NCBI RefSeq assembly: GCF_006345805.1
Contig: NC_042998.1
Span: 169,508,001-169,572,000, forward strand
DNA: 64,000 bases
From: Octopus sinensis
Lineage: Eukaryota
Reading direction: 5' to 3'
The notes beneath the pieces were generated by a model that saw only the letters and a program-made list of their open reading frames with translations, was not told the DNA's origin and did not search any database. This document shows, in pieces, positions 51,040 to 64,000 of this stretch (positions are counted from its first letter, which is position 1; the number at the start of each line of letters is the position of its first letter). A program made the position numbers and the translations under genes.

Positions 51040-52190
51040 TTTCCACAACATTCTATGTACAAATTGGTTTGTTTTCTCCAAAAGATCATATATATATAAT
51101 CCTTCCTGCTGGGTATAGGTATGTTCTTTAGAGAAACATCCAGAGTTATTTTATCCATCATCTTAGTGTGCTACCTTATAGCACCTACCTCTCAGAAATT
51201 GGTTGTGGTTATTGGATATTAAAATGAATGGTTTACACCTGATAGCTAACTGGTAAAGCATGGTCACTCTCACAGATTGTTATGTATACAGCAAATGAAA
51301 GAAGGAAGACAAGTTTATCATCCTCTGATGAATTCATAGTTGGAGCATATGCACTTATGAGTGTTGCATAGCGATTTTTTCTTAATGGAAGTCTTAAAGA
51401 CATTAAACAATCCGAATGACCACATGGTAGTTTCTCAAGTTTTGAAGCCAGAGTGGTTTTGATGGCAAATCCCACTCCTGATTTTCTCTTATAGGTTTTC
51501 TCTCTACCACTCCAAAATAAATGATTCCCAGCAGATTTCTCTAAAAAAATTCCCCTTTCCATGAATTCTTGTTTTGGCTAACATTACATACAACATCCAT
51601 ATCATATCGCTGTAACTCTTTTGCAACAAGCGTGGATCTTCTCTCTGGATGAGATTTCAGACAATCATTGTCTAATAATGTTCGAACATTCCAGCATCCT
51701 ATATTCATAGGCTTGTATCTTAACTTGAATTTACTCACAGTTGCAGGATGATACCTGCTAGGCCAGACCACAGAACAAAATGTTCCCGAGCCCTTTTTGC
51801 CATTTGCTTCATTATCAATAAGAACTTTCATTGTTTAGATGTGCCTTTTTAAGCTTCAGCCAGCCATGTACATACAAGATGTCCATTTCTTTTTCCTCTC
51901 CAGCAATACATGTGCTTGACACTTTTTAAAGTGAGGAAAAGTTTTGCACAGCAACCATTCCCACTCTCTAAACTACAAAGCATTATCCAAAAAGAAGAGC
52001 AAGTTGACATCATTGGGTGTATTTGCAGTCGCAGGTTTTATATCAGAGTGTCCTTCTCCCAGTCTTTGCCCAACCAAAGGCTAACTACAAGACAGCAGTG
52101 AAGTATTTAAGTTCAGAGTTACTTTCTCCTGGGTAGATTGCCTTTGCCATGGCTTAGGTAAACAGAGGAGCTCTATCCACCCCTAATCTA
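51040..52190 (-). mobile_element. RTE-clade LINE 5' UTR and apurinic endonuclease fragment
   Basis: IGCWNVRTLLD...LVAKELQRYDMDVV; FWSG...SGVGFAIK...LISAYAPT; frameshifted. Confidence 0.85.
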
Positions 52191-53137
52191 TTTATTAAAA
52201 AAAAAAAAAAACTAAAATAAGAGAAATACAAATTAAAAATTGAGATAAAACTGAGAAAAAATTAAAAATAAGACTTACATACAATATATACAATTTAAAG
52301 AAACAATAGACAATATGTACACACATGCTGAAATACACTATATACAATACACACACACACAGAGTTTAAAATGCAATATATACAATACACACACACAAAC
52401 ACATGTAGTTGAATGGCCGTTGACTACGTTGGAGTTCCTCCGCCCTTTGACAGATCTTATCTTTTGTCCCGCAGGGTGTTCAACGAGGACCCACCTCACC
52501 AAGCAAGCCTGGTGGGATTACCAGTTTAGTCACTGACAACCCGACCATGGAACAGGTTGTGGGGAAAGACTTCCTCCCGTCTCCGCCCATTTCCTCGCAA
52601 ATTATTGTGTTTAAAAAAATTTTTTTTTGCCAAAAACCCACGTTTTCGGATACGGAGATTTCAGAAAATTGCAAGAAATCGGAATTTTTTCCCCTCCACC
52701 CCATTATTCCCCATCAATTTCTTCATGTTTTTCACTTTTTCCGCAGCCCTAACCCCAAAACCCCAACCCTAACCATAAGTAGAAAAATTTTTGGAAATTG
52801 GTTTCAGAATCTTAATATCCGTACTTTCCGTATATTTTGACAAAAAAAAAAAAAAAAAAAAAAAAGGGAAAAAAATATTTTACAAAACTTTTTGGAAATT
52901 TTTTTCAGAATCATAATCTCCGTATTTTTCTGCATATTTTGTAAAAAAAATTCTGAAAAAAAGTTAAAAATGAAGAATTAAGGAGGTGGGGTAATTTCAA
53001 AATGCCGATTTTTGCCAATTTTTTTTGCAGATTCATAATCTCCGTAGAGAAAAAATTTTTATTTAATAGGGGTGTTTTTTTGGGGATGGGGTGGGGTGGG
53101 GAAGGAAATCTTGCCTTACATGGTACCAGTAGGGTTA

Positions 53138-53339
53138 CATATATAAACACACACACATATACATATACGCACATACATATACGCACATATATATATATAC
53201 ACATATATATATATATATAATATATATATATATACACATACATATATATATATACACACATACATATATATACATATACACACACACACACATATATATA
53301 TATATACATACATATATATATATACATACATATATATAT

Positions 53340-53371
<32 letters not shown>

Positions 53372-53398
53372 ATACATATATATATATACATAAATATA

Positions 53399-53430
<32 letters not shown>

Positions 53431-53572
53431 CATATATATATATACATACATATATATATATATATACATACATATATATATATACATACATATATATATA
53501 TATATACATACATATATATATATACATACATATATATATATATACATACATATATATATATATACATACATA

Positions 53573-53606
<34 letters not shown>

Positions 53607-53611
53607 CATAC

Positions 53612-53642
<31 letters not shown>

Positions 53643-53666
53643 CATACTTATATATATATATTTATA

Positions 53667-53721
<55 letters not shown>

Positions 53722-53881
53722 ATACATACATATATATATATATATATACATACATACATATATATATATATACATACATACATATATATATACATACATA
53801 CATATATATATACATACATACATATATATATATATACATACATACATATATATATATATACATACATACATATATATATAT

Positions 53882-53930
<49 letters not shown>

Positions 53931-53960
53931 ATATAATATATATATACGTGTGTGTGTGTG
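53138..53960. repeat. ~820 bp compound (TA)n/(TACA)n microsatellite
   Basis: Directly visible; explains the Y/I/M/C-rich spurious ORFs at 52911-53977. Confidence 0.97.
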
Positions 53961-55585
53961 TATAAAATTGTTCTCACTTTATAGGTGTATATTTCAAATT
54001 TTGGTAAAAGTTCAGCAATTTTGGGGATGGCATAAGTCGATTACATTGACTCCAGTGTTCACCTGGTACTACTTTTATCGAAACCGAAAAGATGAACGAC
54101 AATGTCGAACTTCGGCGGCGGCATTCGAACTCAGATCGTAAAGTCGGAGAAATGCGGCTAAACATTTTTTTTTTGGCCTTGTAATAATTCTGTCAGTTCG
54201 CCGCCTTCGTGTGGTGACAGTTTTACATACATGTATTTGTCAACAACAATAACAAAAATGTGCTGGCGTACGAAGTTATGTTGTATATATGAATTAAATC
54301 TTATTTTAGAATTTCCTTCAAATCTAGAACACTTAATATAAGAATATAACGTTTGTTGCAGAATAAGTTGCTTTTAGTTTTTTAATTTTTCCAGTTTCGG
54401 GGACTTAAAACCGACCCGTACTTTATCAATCCCCGTTGTAATGGAAGATCGAAGATGATCACGGCAGGATTTGAACTCCTTCTGAATGCTTTAAAAGCAT
54501 TGTTGCATAATTAATATATTCAGTTGCTGAGAATACGTGTGTGAACTGAACTCAAGTTGTATTTATTTGTTTGAATATGGACATGCTGCTGTGTGACTGT
54601 AATAAGGTGTGACAATCCCGCCAACGCAACAGCTACATTAAGGTATTTTCCGTGTATAGATATATGTATGTGGGCCTGTGTGTGTGAATCTGCTTATGGG
54701 AATACATATGAACAGTAAATCTCAACTGAAAGTAAATTCAGATAACTGTCACTTAGCTCTCTACATGGTATTTATTATATTTTTAGTCCAAGCACAGGAT
54801 CTAAAAATTTTTTTCATTTCGCATATACTCATACATATCACATGTTTTGACTTTATTATGTCTTTTGTTTTCAATACTCATTTAGCTTCCACCACCACCA
54901 CCACTGGCAAGCAATTATTTTTCTTTCACACATACACAAAGACATGAGATTTCTCTCTCTCACACATACATTCAACTATACGCAACGTATAAGAAAAGTA
55001 TATGTGCATACGAGTAAATAAGTATACACGTGTAGTTTTATTTACTTACCCGAAAGTGGCGTCAAGGAATCTGCTTACAATGAGAAACTAATTTTATATT
55101 TCATAGTAAAATTTTAAGTGATTTACTGGGCGGTAGTTTGAACGAATATTACAGATTATTAGTGTTTTTGATTAGTTTTTAAATCTTTCCACGATACAGG
55201 ACCTTTAATATCTAAAGAAAGCTATAACAGTGAGTATATTCTTTTTTCTTCTTTTCTTTATTCATATCTATATATTCCGCTTTATCTCAATCTGACACCT
55301 GTTATGCCATCACACTTCCTAGGTAATTTTGACGTTTTTTGCAGGAGTTTTATTATTATAAATTTTGCTTCCCCATTGGTACAGAAAGAAACAGAATTGA
55401 TCAACTTTTTCTAAACACTGAATGTTTGATATTAATGTTGTTTACAAAATGCTATTTTTCGTAATTAGGAGCCCTGGATTTGAGCATCATCATGAATGAC
55501 ATACACCGGCATTCTTTCGTATCTATTTATCTATCTATCCCCATATGTGTATGTATGTATACCCAACGATACAGCTTTTTTTCTG

Positions 55586-55623
<38 letters not shown>

Positions 55624-57669
55624 TCACTTGTTACTCATAAGTTTTAAAATAGTTTCGAGTAATCATACATAACTTGCATATTATTTGCAGGACAGAATTG
55701 TATGGAACGTCCAGTAGCAAAAACGTTCTTTAAATGAATGGTTTTTAGATCGTAAACCCGAAACAATTATGTTAACAGATGCTGAGAAAATAATAGATTT
55801 GGAGAAAATTATCTTAATAGATTCAGTTTGTGTTAACGTTTGGGATCTTCTGAATTACAAACATATCTTTTTATCTTCCACTGGTTTCACCCATTAGATT
55901 GCGGCTATGCCGGGGCATCGCATTGAAAAAATTTTAGTTGAATGAATCGACTCCAGTACATTTTTTAAAAACCTGGAGTCTTTTGCTGAATCGCTAAGTT
56001 ACAGGGACGTAAACACACTAACGCCGGTTGTCAAGTGGTGGTGGGGAACACATGTTCATACAAAAGGCTTCTTTCAGTTTTCATCTACCAAATCCACTCA
56101 CAAGGTTTGGTCGGCCCGATACTATAGTAGAAGACACCCAAGGTACCCCGCAGTGAGTCTGAACGTGAAACCATGTGGTTGGAATGCAAACTATACAAAT
56201 AATTGTTTTTTAAATTGTCGTGGATGATGCTATATAATTTGTATTTCTATTAACAGTATCCCTTGTCAAGAAGTTGCTTGTGGTCGGGTAGATGACTAAA
56301 TAAAACCAAGAAAAACTTATAGCAACGTGATTTATCCTATGTGCATTATTTTTCTTTGTGTAGTTCTCATTCATATACAGGCTGCCTATAATTTCTTTCT
56401 ATCAAATAAACAGTTTGATTCAAACCGAAGCAAACTGTTGTTACAAAAAATATAACTCTTGTTTAAATGTATTGAGTGCTACTTCCGTTAGTCCATTCAC
56501 CTGTGTGTGTGTCGGAGAGTACTATACTTTGCAGCATTTGCTCTGGTTCTTTATGTTCCAAGTTCAAACCCTGTCGAGATCAATTTTTCCTTTCAATCTT
56601 TTGTGGTTAATAAATTAAAGTGTCAGTCAAGTACAAGGATCGGTATAGTAGACTGTTCTACCGTTTACTGTCATATTTCTGGCTTCGAGTCTAGAAAGTC
56701 TATATTTCTATATATAAGAGTATAGTAGTTATTTCTGTAATTATTAAGGAAAAATGCAAACCGACATCAGGGCGATGGATAGCAGAAATACTGGAACACC
56801 GGAGGAAATGCCCTTGCTGTGCTTTTATTCTCATCAGGTTTTATTTTCATTCTTTTAGAGATAGTAAATTCTGTGGCCAGAGTTGCTTGATTCAGCTGTA
56901 AATAACGGATTAAGCTGCTTTTCTTGAGCAAAGTTGGATATTTGTAACTTAAAATTTTAATTTTAAAAAATATGTATCCTATTGAATATCATACTAAATT
57001 ACTAATTAATTAGAACGGCCCAACAGGCAATCCTTATTTATATATTTTTTATTTACAAGGAAAATTTTAATGTTGGGCTGCTTCCTTTGAAAATTTGATG
57101 CTACATTTTATGAAATGGATCTGAAAACTTCGTTGTGGCAAATTAAATTGTACTCACTTCCAAAATTTGTGGCCTTACCCAAAGTTAGAAACAAACATTA
57201 CGGTCAAAAACTATTTACAACATAAACGTCCTGTAAGAGTAATTGGCGCGAAAATTAATCCGTAGACTTGCTATTATCTTTCATTGGACCGGTAAAATGC
57301 TTAAATTTTTATTGACCCTAACCTTCGTTTGGAAGTTTCTTCCTACCGACTTAGATAACTATTAAAAGTAGCCAAACAGAAAAGTGCCTAAAAAGATGTA
57401 TTATAAATTACTCTTTCCCCTCACAAAATTTGGTAGAGAAAGAACATGACAATTTGTTGTATATTAACCCCGGGTCATCTCTGATCAAGGTAATCTGTAA
57501 TCAAAGTTATTCCAGCCGTGACTGCCCTGTCTTTTCAAAGGTTTTAAAGTCTACATTATCTGTTGTCTTTTTTTTTTTTTTTTAAATTCAAATTGGTAGG
57601 TTGAGATGAGATTTTGACTGCTTTTCTGAGCCACAGCACCGCTGGGGGTCCGGTTTTTCTTCCCACACT

Positions 57670-58300
57670 TTTCCTCTTATAGACCGTCTCTCACAACAAC
57701 GTCCTACACTTCTGCTATCTTGACATCGCATCTATGAACCATTCCCATGTATCCAAGACACTTCATGTTAAATCTGCACAGAAACTTTGAACGCCCCTAT
57801 AGAGTTATGCTAGTTTTGTTTTCTTTGACAGTAAAATGTAAACAATAACAACAAATAACTGCACCTTACTACCAATAAACAGTGCACCACGCAACTATAG
57901 CTATCTTGACATCCAAATGGTAAACGTCAAAATGATTGAAGATTTCTCCTGGCGAACGTACATCTTTAACATATGTTTGGATCTGAAGTACTGGCCTTTC
58001 TCTTTAGAGCTGGAAAATACTTCAAACTCCAACAGATATCAACCCTCATTGGAGTACTGCTCCCACCCCTGGGACGGTGCTACCGCTACACCTGCAGACT
58101 CTCGAAGAAAGATCACTCGACTGGTTGGCATTAAATAGCCCAGAAACCTATTTTCGTCATCTATATTACCCCCGCTCCAGAACCTTCAACTATTATGCCT
58201 ATCCTTTTCTCCTTAGAACTTCAAGTAAAACATGCAGAGAATTCATTTCTATGCACATGATTTAACTGAAGTTATTTTTCAGTGGTTTAAACGGAACTTG
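57670..58300 (+). mobile_element. CR1/Jockey-like LINE C-terminal remnant
   Basis: PSLEYCSHPWDGA motif. Confidence 0.55.
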
Positions 58301-58799
58301 CAAGTACCAAAGAGTTTGCGAAAGTTACGGTCCTCCTCAGATCTAACAAAAAGAAAAACTAATAAAATAAAACTTTTCTAGCAGGTTGTGTCATCACGTA
58401 GAAATTTCCTTGTTGGTTCGAAGATAAATGATTGAGAGTCCTGTTCAAACGAATGCCCTGGCTTCCTCCGTTACACGTTCTTTTCTTTAGTGCAAGAGGT
58501 GGGAAAGAACGTAAATTTTTAATTTCCTAAAGTGACTTCATTCTAATGTTGCACCATTCGTAACCTCTCTCTCTCAATGTTGCAAGTGTCATTTCTCTAT
58601 ATATTTCGCCGCTATTTACCATAGCTTTTACCCTTTTAAATTTGTGGAGTGTATACCTCCGGCATCTAAATTCTCCAAAGCAACTGTTGCCTGTACTAAT
58701 ATTCCAGATATCTTTCTGTTCACTCTCTATATCTTATTTACCCTTTTGGAAACCCCTCCCTACACCTGTTAACTTTTAAGGTTTTAAACTGAAAACTAA

Positions 58800-59400
58800 T
58801 TGTATACGATGGAATTAACCGTTGCTTTCTCTACTGTTGGATATCCAATCGTCCGATTTTATTCGTTGCCATCATGTTTCTTTTGGATTCCAGTGTGCCT
58901 TTTTCCACTGTGTGTTTCTTTTGTATTCCACTGGAATGGATTCCAGTGTGTCAGCTTTTCATTCACTATTGTCATTCATTTTTATGACATGTCCAACCCA
59001 ATTCCATTTCAACGACTTCGTACATTTAACAATGTCATTTTGTTTTTGTTTGTTCTCGGAGCTACTTTGTTTTGGGCCCTTCTACGCTATTAACCTCTCC
59101 CAACTCTATCTTCTAACCAGAAAGTTGTAAACACCGTTCTATCTCAGACTTAGTAACAGAAAGTTAGCCCCTTATGTTACACAGGATATATTTCCCCGAC
59201 GTCCTTGCACCATACATGATACACATTCCCGTATTCTTTAACCACCAGAGTAACTCAGGACTTATGTATGGAAAGCTTTATAGTACTCTGAACATATGAA
59301 ATAGGGACTAACCAAAAGTTTGAAAACCAGTATAGACATCGGATCTATAAAAATGCTTTGGAGGACAGGCAAGGGGTTAAGTGTGAACTAACTTACCAAG
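58800..59400 (-). mobile_element. RTE-like LINE remnant
   Basis: SLKWNWVGHVIKMNDN, resembling the KWRWAGHVARM motif. Confidence 0.55.
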
Positions 59401-62400
59401 TGAATCAAACATTTTTCATGATTTGAAATTAAGCTCAAAGAAGACATTGTCGTTAGCGTTAATAACAATTTTTGTTGAGGAAGGCGAAAGAAAGGATTGC
59501 GAAATTATATTAATTGAAAGTTAAATGGAGACATATAGTGGACTGTGAGTTTGATCTTTGTCAGCTCTCAACTTTTTGGCCTTAGATCTCTTTACAAGAT
59601 AAAACAATTGAGAGGATATTTCGTTTTTGGATTTGGTTTGCAAGATTCTTTATATGAGTTCGTGTGTTGAAGCATATTCTATTGTGTCTGAGGAGAGTCA
59701 TTTTCTTTTTGTGCCTTATAATAAGGCACAAAAAGAAAATGACTCTCCCCAGACACAATAGAAAATTGAGAGGATAGTTTTTGTGTAAAAAGTATCCACT
59801 TAATCAGTGGATACTTTATAATATAAAATAGCGACATTGCAAAATTTCCCAGGGGTGCTGACTGTATGAATAGGAGAAAGAACATTGAAGAAAAAAAGGA
59901 GTTAAATAGACACAAATTAACTAAACCGATTTTCCCTCTAGAACTGAAAGCCTTTCCACTTCCCGTTTTTCTATTGAAGTACAAATCGTTATTGTGTATT
60001 TAAACAAAAGGCAGTTTCACTGCTTTTTCGAAACAACACTGGCAATAATATCAAAATGAGTCAGTGAAGGGAGTCTTTTACCGGTTGCCCAACCTGCTAG
60101 AAACGACAGCTGAATCTCCCTCAAATCATTTGAACGCCTTAGAAAAGAACACATCAGATGCATATAGAGAACAGTAGATGTCGAAGCATACATAACGCTA
60201 TAAATAGCATGTGAATAAACATTGGATTGAAAATAACTCCAATTCAACGGCTCCCCGTGCGGCTCGAACCCATATGTAGACACGACAAAAAGTTATATAC
60301 ATACACATACGAATACATATCTCTATACTTATACAATATGCATATATTATATTCCAGTTCACAAACGTTCTTTGTCTTTATTTTCTCTCTGCCTTTCTTA
60401 GTTTGTACGTCTTTTCCCCCCCGCATCTCTTCCGTTTTGCCATACATTTGTTAATCTTTTAGACGAGTCCGTCCTTTTCTCTCCTCAGAACAATTACTGT
60501 CACAAATGTCGATTGTGTTGTGTGTACATTAGTCTTTTTATCTTCTTTTTTATTTATTATCTCACCGTTTTGTCGCAATTTATGATAATATCTTTGTTTA
60601 AACCAGTTATTTCTAGATTTACTGTACGTGTTAGTGTAAAGCAAGCATAATGGTTGACAGTTATACCGTTAAAAACATTTTTTTTTTACCATAGTTCATT
60701 CTCTCTGTCTTCCCGACATGTTTTTATTTATATAATGTGCATGTCTTCCAAGCTAGCTTTTAAATGATCTTTCGAAGTATGTACATATAAGATAGCAAGA
60801 CCGTACGGAAACTGAAACGTACAGAAATATTCGATAATAATTCTAAAATAATTTAGTCTAAAATGAATTATATGTATGTATATGTAAACTGAAGTATAAA
60901 TCACAGGATAATAATAAATAGCATTTGAGGAATGATGTGGAAACTTTCTAGGCATTTGTATACGAAGTGAACAATGTCTATACATACATATCATTGTCGA
61001 TTATTAATGATTATTTTTTTACTTTGATTTTGTGTAGTTTATTTAACTTTATTCGCTATCTTGTACAAAATTCGAAAGATCGCCTTGCTCATACACGGAG
61101 AGAGAATTCTAACGTTTATGTTAGGACTCATTGATAGGTTAATAGTTCTGTAACTTAGGAGTTCCCTTATATTTTCTGATCCCATTAATGTTAAGCTGGC
61201 AAGGTGGCAGAACCGTTAGCGTGCCGGACAAAATCCTTAGCGGTATTTCATCCGTCTTTATGTTCTGAATTCAAATTCCGCCGAGGTCGACTTTGCCTTT
61301 CATCCTTTCGGAGTCAATAAAATAAGTATCAGTTGAGCACCGGAGTCGATGTAATCGACTTAATCCGTTTGTCTGTCCTTGTTTGTCCCATCTATGTTTA
61401 GCCCCCCTTGTGGGTAACAAAGAAACAGATAAAATAAGTATCAGTTGAGTACCTGAGTAATCGACTAGTCCCCTCCAAAATTTCGGGCTTTACTAGGACT
61501 CATTATTAAAGTTTCTTCAGTAATATCCCTGGTGTCTGAGAATAAATTTAGAATCGCGGATACTTGACAGACACGAAATACACTTGATAATTTTCTCACT
61601 TTTAAATCCAGCCATCACTTACCTATCGGATAAAATCGATCGCTGTCTAATCGAGGCAACATGCATGATTACCTGAGAACATCACTACTTCTATGATAAA
61701 ACACCTCAGAAAATGACCGAAACTATCCTTATAGGCACGCTCCTTCACATTCCTTGCACAATCCAAGTCTATATCCACAATCCCCCAGTTGTTTACTTGC
61801 ATTATTATGAACAAAAACTGCCTACAGTGCCATCGAAAGACTTGCAAGACTACACACTAAATTAATACCTTCTTATATTGCACAACGTGTATGTTCCATC
61901 AACTCCTAAATTGCAACAGAGTAGTCTCGTTCCTTATCAAGGAATTCTTCTCTAACTTCCTAATCAAGGAAGTGTTTTCTAACTTCGGTGGACCCTCACA
62001 GCCATTTGATGTTTATAAAATCCTAGTACATCTTTATAATTAAATACTATAAGGAATTGTATTTAAAAAATTGTTAAAATATTGTGAATTGTGTTACAGA
62101 AATATAACCGATTTATTGCATCAGTTTTAACAACAAAATGTTATAAGGACCCTCAGGGGCCATACGGACACACTGTTTTACACAGTTATAAGTTTTACGA
62201 AACTGGTGTTGTTTCACTATAAACCTTCGATCGCGTCAAGCATTAAAAAAAACAAACTTTCAGCTAACTTTGTGGCCTTTATCCATTTCAATATCAAGCG
62301 GCTTGATAGCTGTACATGCTGATGGAGCTCTTACCAATACTCAGTCTGTCCACGCTTGTATACCCACAAGGCTCGGTAATGCCTCCTATACTAATCTTTA

Positions 62401-63099
62401 TACACATTAATGGCTTACATGCAGTTACTTATAACCATTCACATGCATACATGGGTTTAATGTCAATTTATAAAAAGAATCCGTGGATCGAAATACAATT
62501 GATCAAAGTAATAATAACTGTTCGAATCAACAATTAATTCAGTTATTTAGTATAGAAAATAGGTTAAAGAAAAAGGTTTTATTAAAATATTTTTTACATA
62601 AAAAAAATATCATTGAATGTTTGTGTGTGTATGTGTGGAGAGAGAGAGAGAGAGATTTATACATGGTCTGAAAATTAGCGTAGTTTATATTAATGTTTAT
62701 GAGAGCTAGTTTAAAATCTGTGATAATCGAATCAATATTTGAATTATATTAATGTCTCTTTATAACCTTTATGGTAACTAGTTTAAAATATGTGGTAATC
62801 GAATCAATATTTGAAAATGATGTAACTGTTTTTATTGGACAAAGAGTGCAACAACTAGTTCAACAAAACTGCAAGATCAAAAAGCGATATAACCGTACAC
62901 GAGTGTGTGTATGTGCTTGTGACATTTTTACGGTTACAGTAAACTTAAACATGGTACGTACTCACACGTAAACTTAGGCGTGGTACGTATACACAGAGGA
63001 TTTCGCAATGAAGAAGTAATATAGAGAATAGATTAGAAGAGGAGATAGTGAGTAAAAAGAAAAGAGACAATTACGGTTGCCATCGTAACTGGCGTGGAG

Positions 63100-63900
63100 G
63101 TGGTGAGAACGACCCGTGAAAATTTCTTCAACACCAAAAACGAAGCTGCACCACCCAAAACCGGGAAGTGGTAGCGTTTTTGAGGAAAGATGCAAACAAG
63201 AAATATACTGTTGATAATTTCTGACTCATAACTCTGCTGAATGCAGGATGTAAGATTTTGGCCATGGTGCTAGTAACGAAATTGGCGTTTAGCACCAGTA
63301 GAGTAGTGGGGAAAGCATGGGAAGCCCTGTCCACAACATTCTCCACTTCATGTAGTGGAGGATGTGGATAGGATGGGTAACAATTTTATTTCGATGATGC
63401 TCTCATCAGTTAGGATCAATCGAGAGCTTTCAACGGTGTCATCCATCATATGTGGAAATAGTTCTCGAAGCATCCGATTTCCGACTTATTTTAAGAGGCT
63501 GTTTGCTTCAATGTTCAGTGGCATCCGTTTGGTTGCCAAATTGACACCCATTGGAGTTGTTTCGATTCACACATGCCATTTGTGTAATCTCTTCTGTAAG
63601 TAATGACACTTAAGTCAGTTGCGAAAGGCGGAGTTGTTGAAGGGAATTCCGATCAAATCAAGACGTGGCATAAGCGGATACCATCGAAATAGTTTCAGAC
63701 ACCACAGAGGTGATTGGTGTCGTTGTAAAGTTGATGCTATGACAGGAGCCAGTTGGCTTGTTGCTCGACACCAGAGGGAGCAAGTTCATGGCACCAACCA
63801 ACGTCCGTGAGTTACTGGATTAATAACTTAACTGTTTAGTTGCTTGGGGTTTGATCTAGTCCAGACCTCTACTTGGATAGAAACAGCGACGAAACAATGA
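63100..63900 (+). mobile_element. Degenerate Tx1/L1-like reverse transcriptase
   Basis: NF*LITLLNAGCKILAMVL, DQSRAFNGV and LLGV*SSPDL, with stops and frameshifts. Confidence 0.65.
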
Positions 63901-64000
63901 GCAAGGATGGCTAGTCTCACACAGAAATGAGCTGAGATGAAACTATTTCTAGTCGAACAGGGCTAATGGATGCATACATCATCTCCTTAGCCGTATTACC

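Noticed and set aside
52911-53977. Long ORFs of up to 326 aa
   Set aside because: They are translations of the (TA)/(TACA) microsatellite.
55716-55908. 59-codon plus-strand frame with faint likeness to a ribosomal L4 C-terminal motif (NVWDLLNYKHI)
   Set aside because: Too short and isolated, with no partner exons; likely chance.
60245-60280. tRNA-like T-arm on the minus strand (GGGTTCGAGCCGCACGGGGAGCC)
   Set aside because: No 5' acceptor strand, D-arm or anticodon arm.
62707-62820. Small local duplications (also at 1719-1758 and ~21885-21950)
   Set aside because: Ordinary slippage duplications with no further structure.

Overview
AT-rich, repeat-dense animal genomic DNA. The SINE families and microsatellites look like those of octopus (recognised from memory, not database-checked). 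One protein-coding gene is well supported: a 12-exon ZCCHC4 (28S rRNA m6A methyltransferase) on the + strand, CDS 6197-25561, 470 aa, with all splice phases consistent. The rest is mostly tRNA-derived SINEs, RTE/R4/Tx1/CR1-like LINE remnants, MITEs and microsatellites. The standout feature is a 6.5 kb tandem array of a ~490 bp unit (44350-50857). Each unit carries a type I hammerhead ribozyme with an unusually long helix II and a palindromic helix III. There are 12 forward copies plus one inverted copy joined head-to-head, and both outer ends are fused to (TA)n. This fits a retrozyme or Penelope-like pLTR array that could yield ~490 nt self-cleaved, possibly circular, RNAs. Two unrelated degenerate hammerhead elements (554-724 and 33902-33979) are also anchored on (TA)n.
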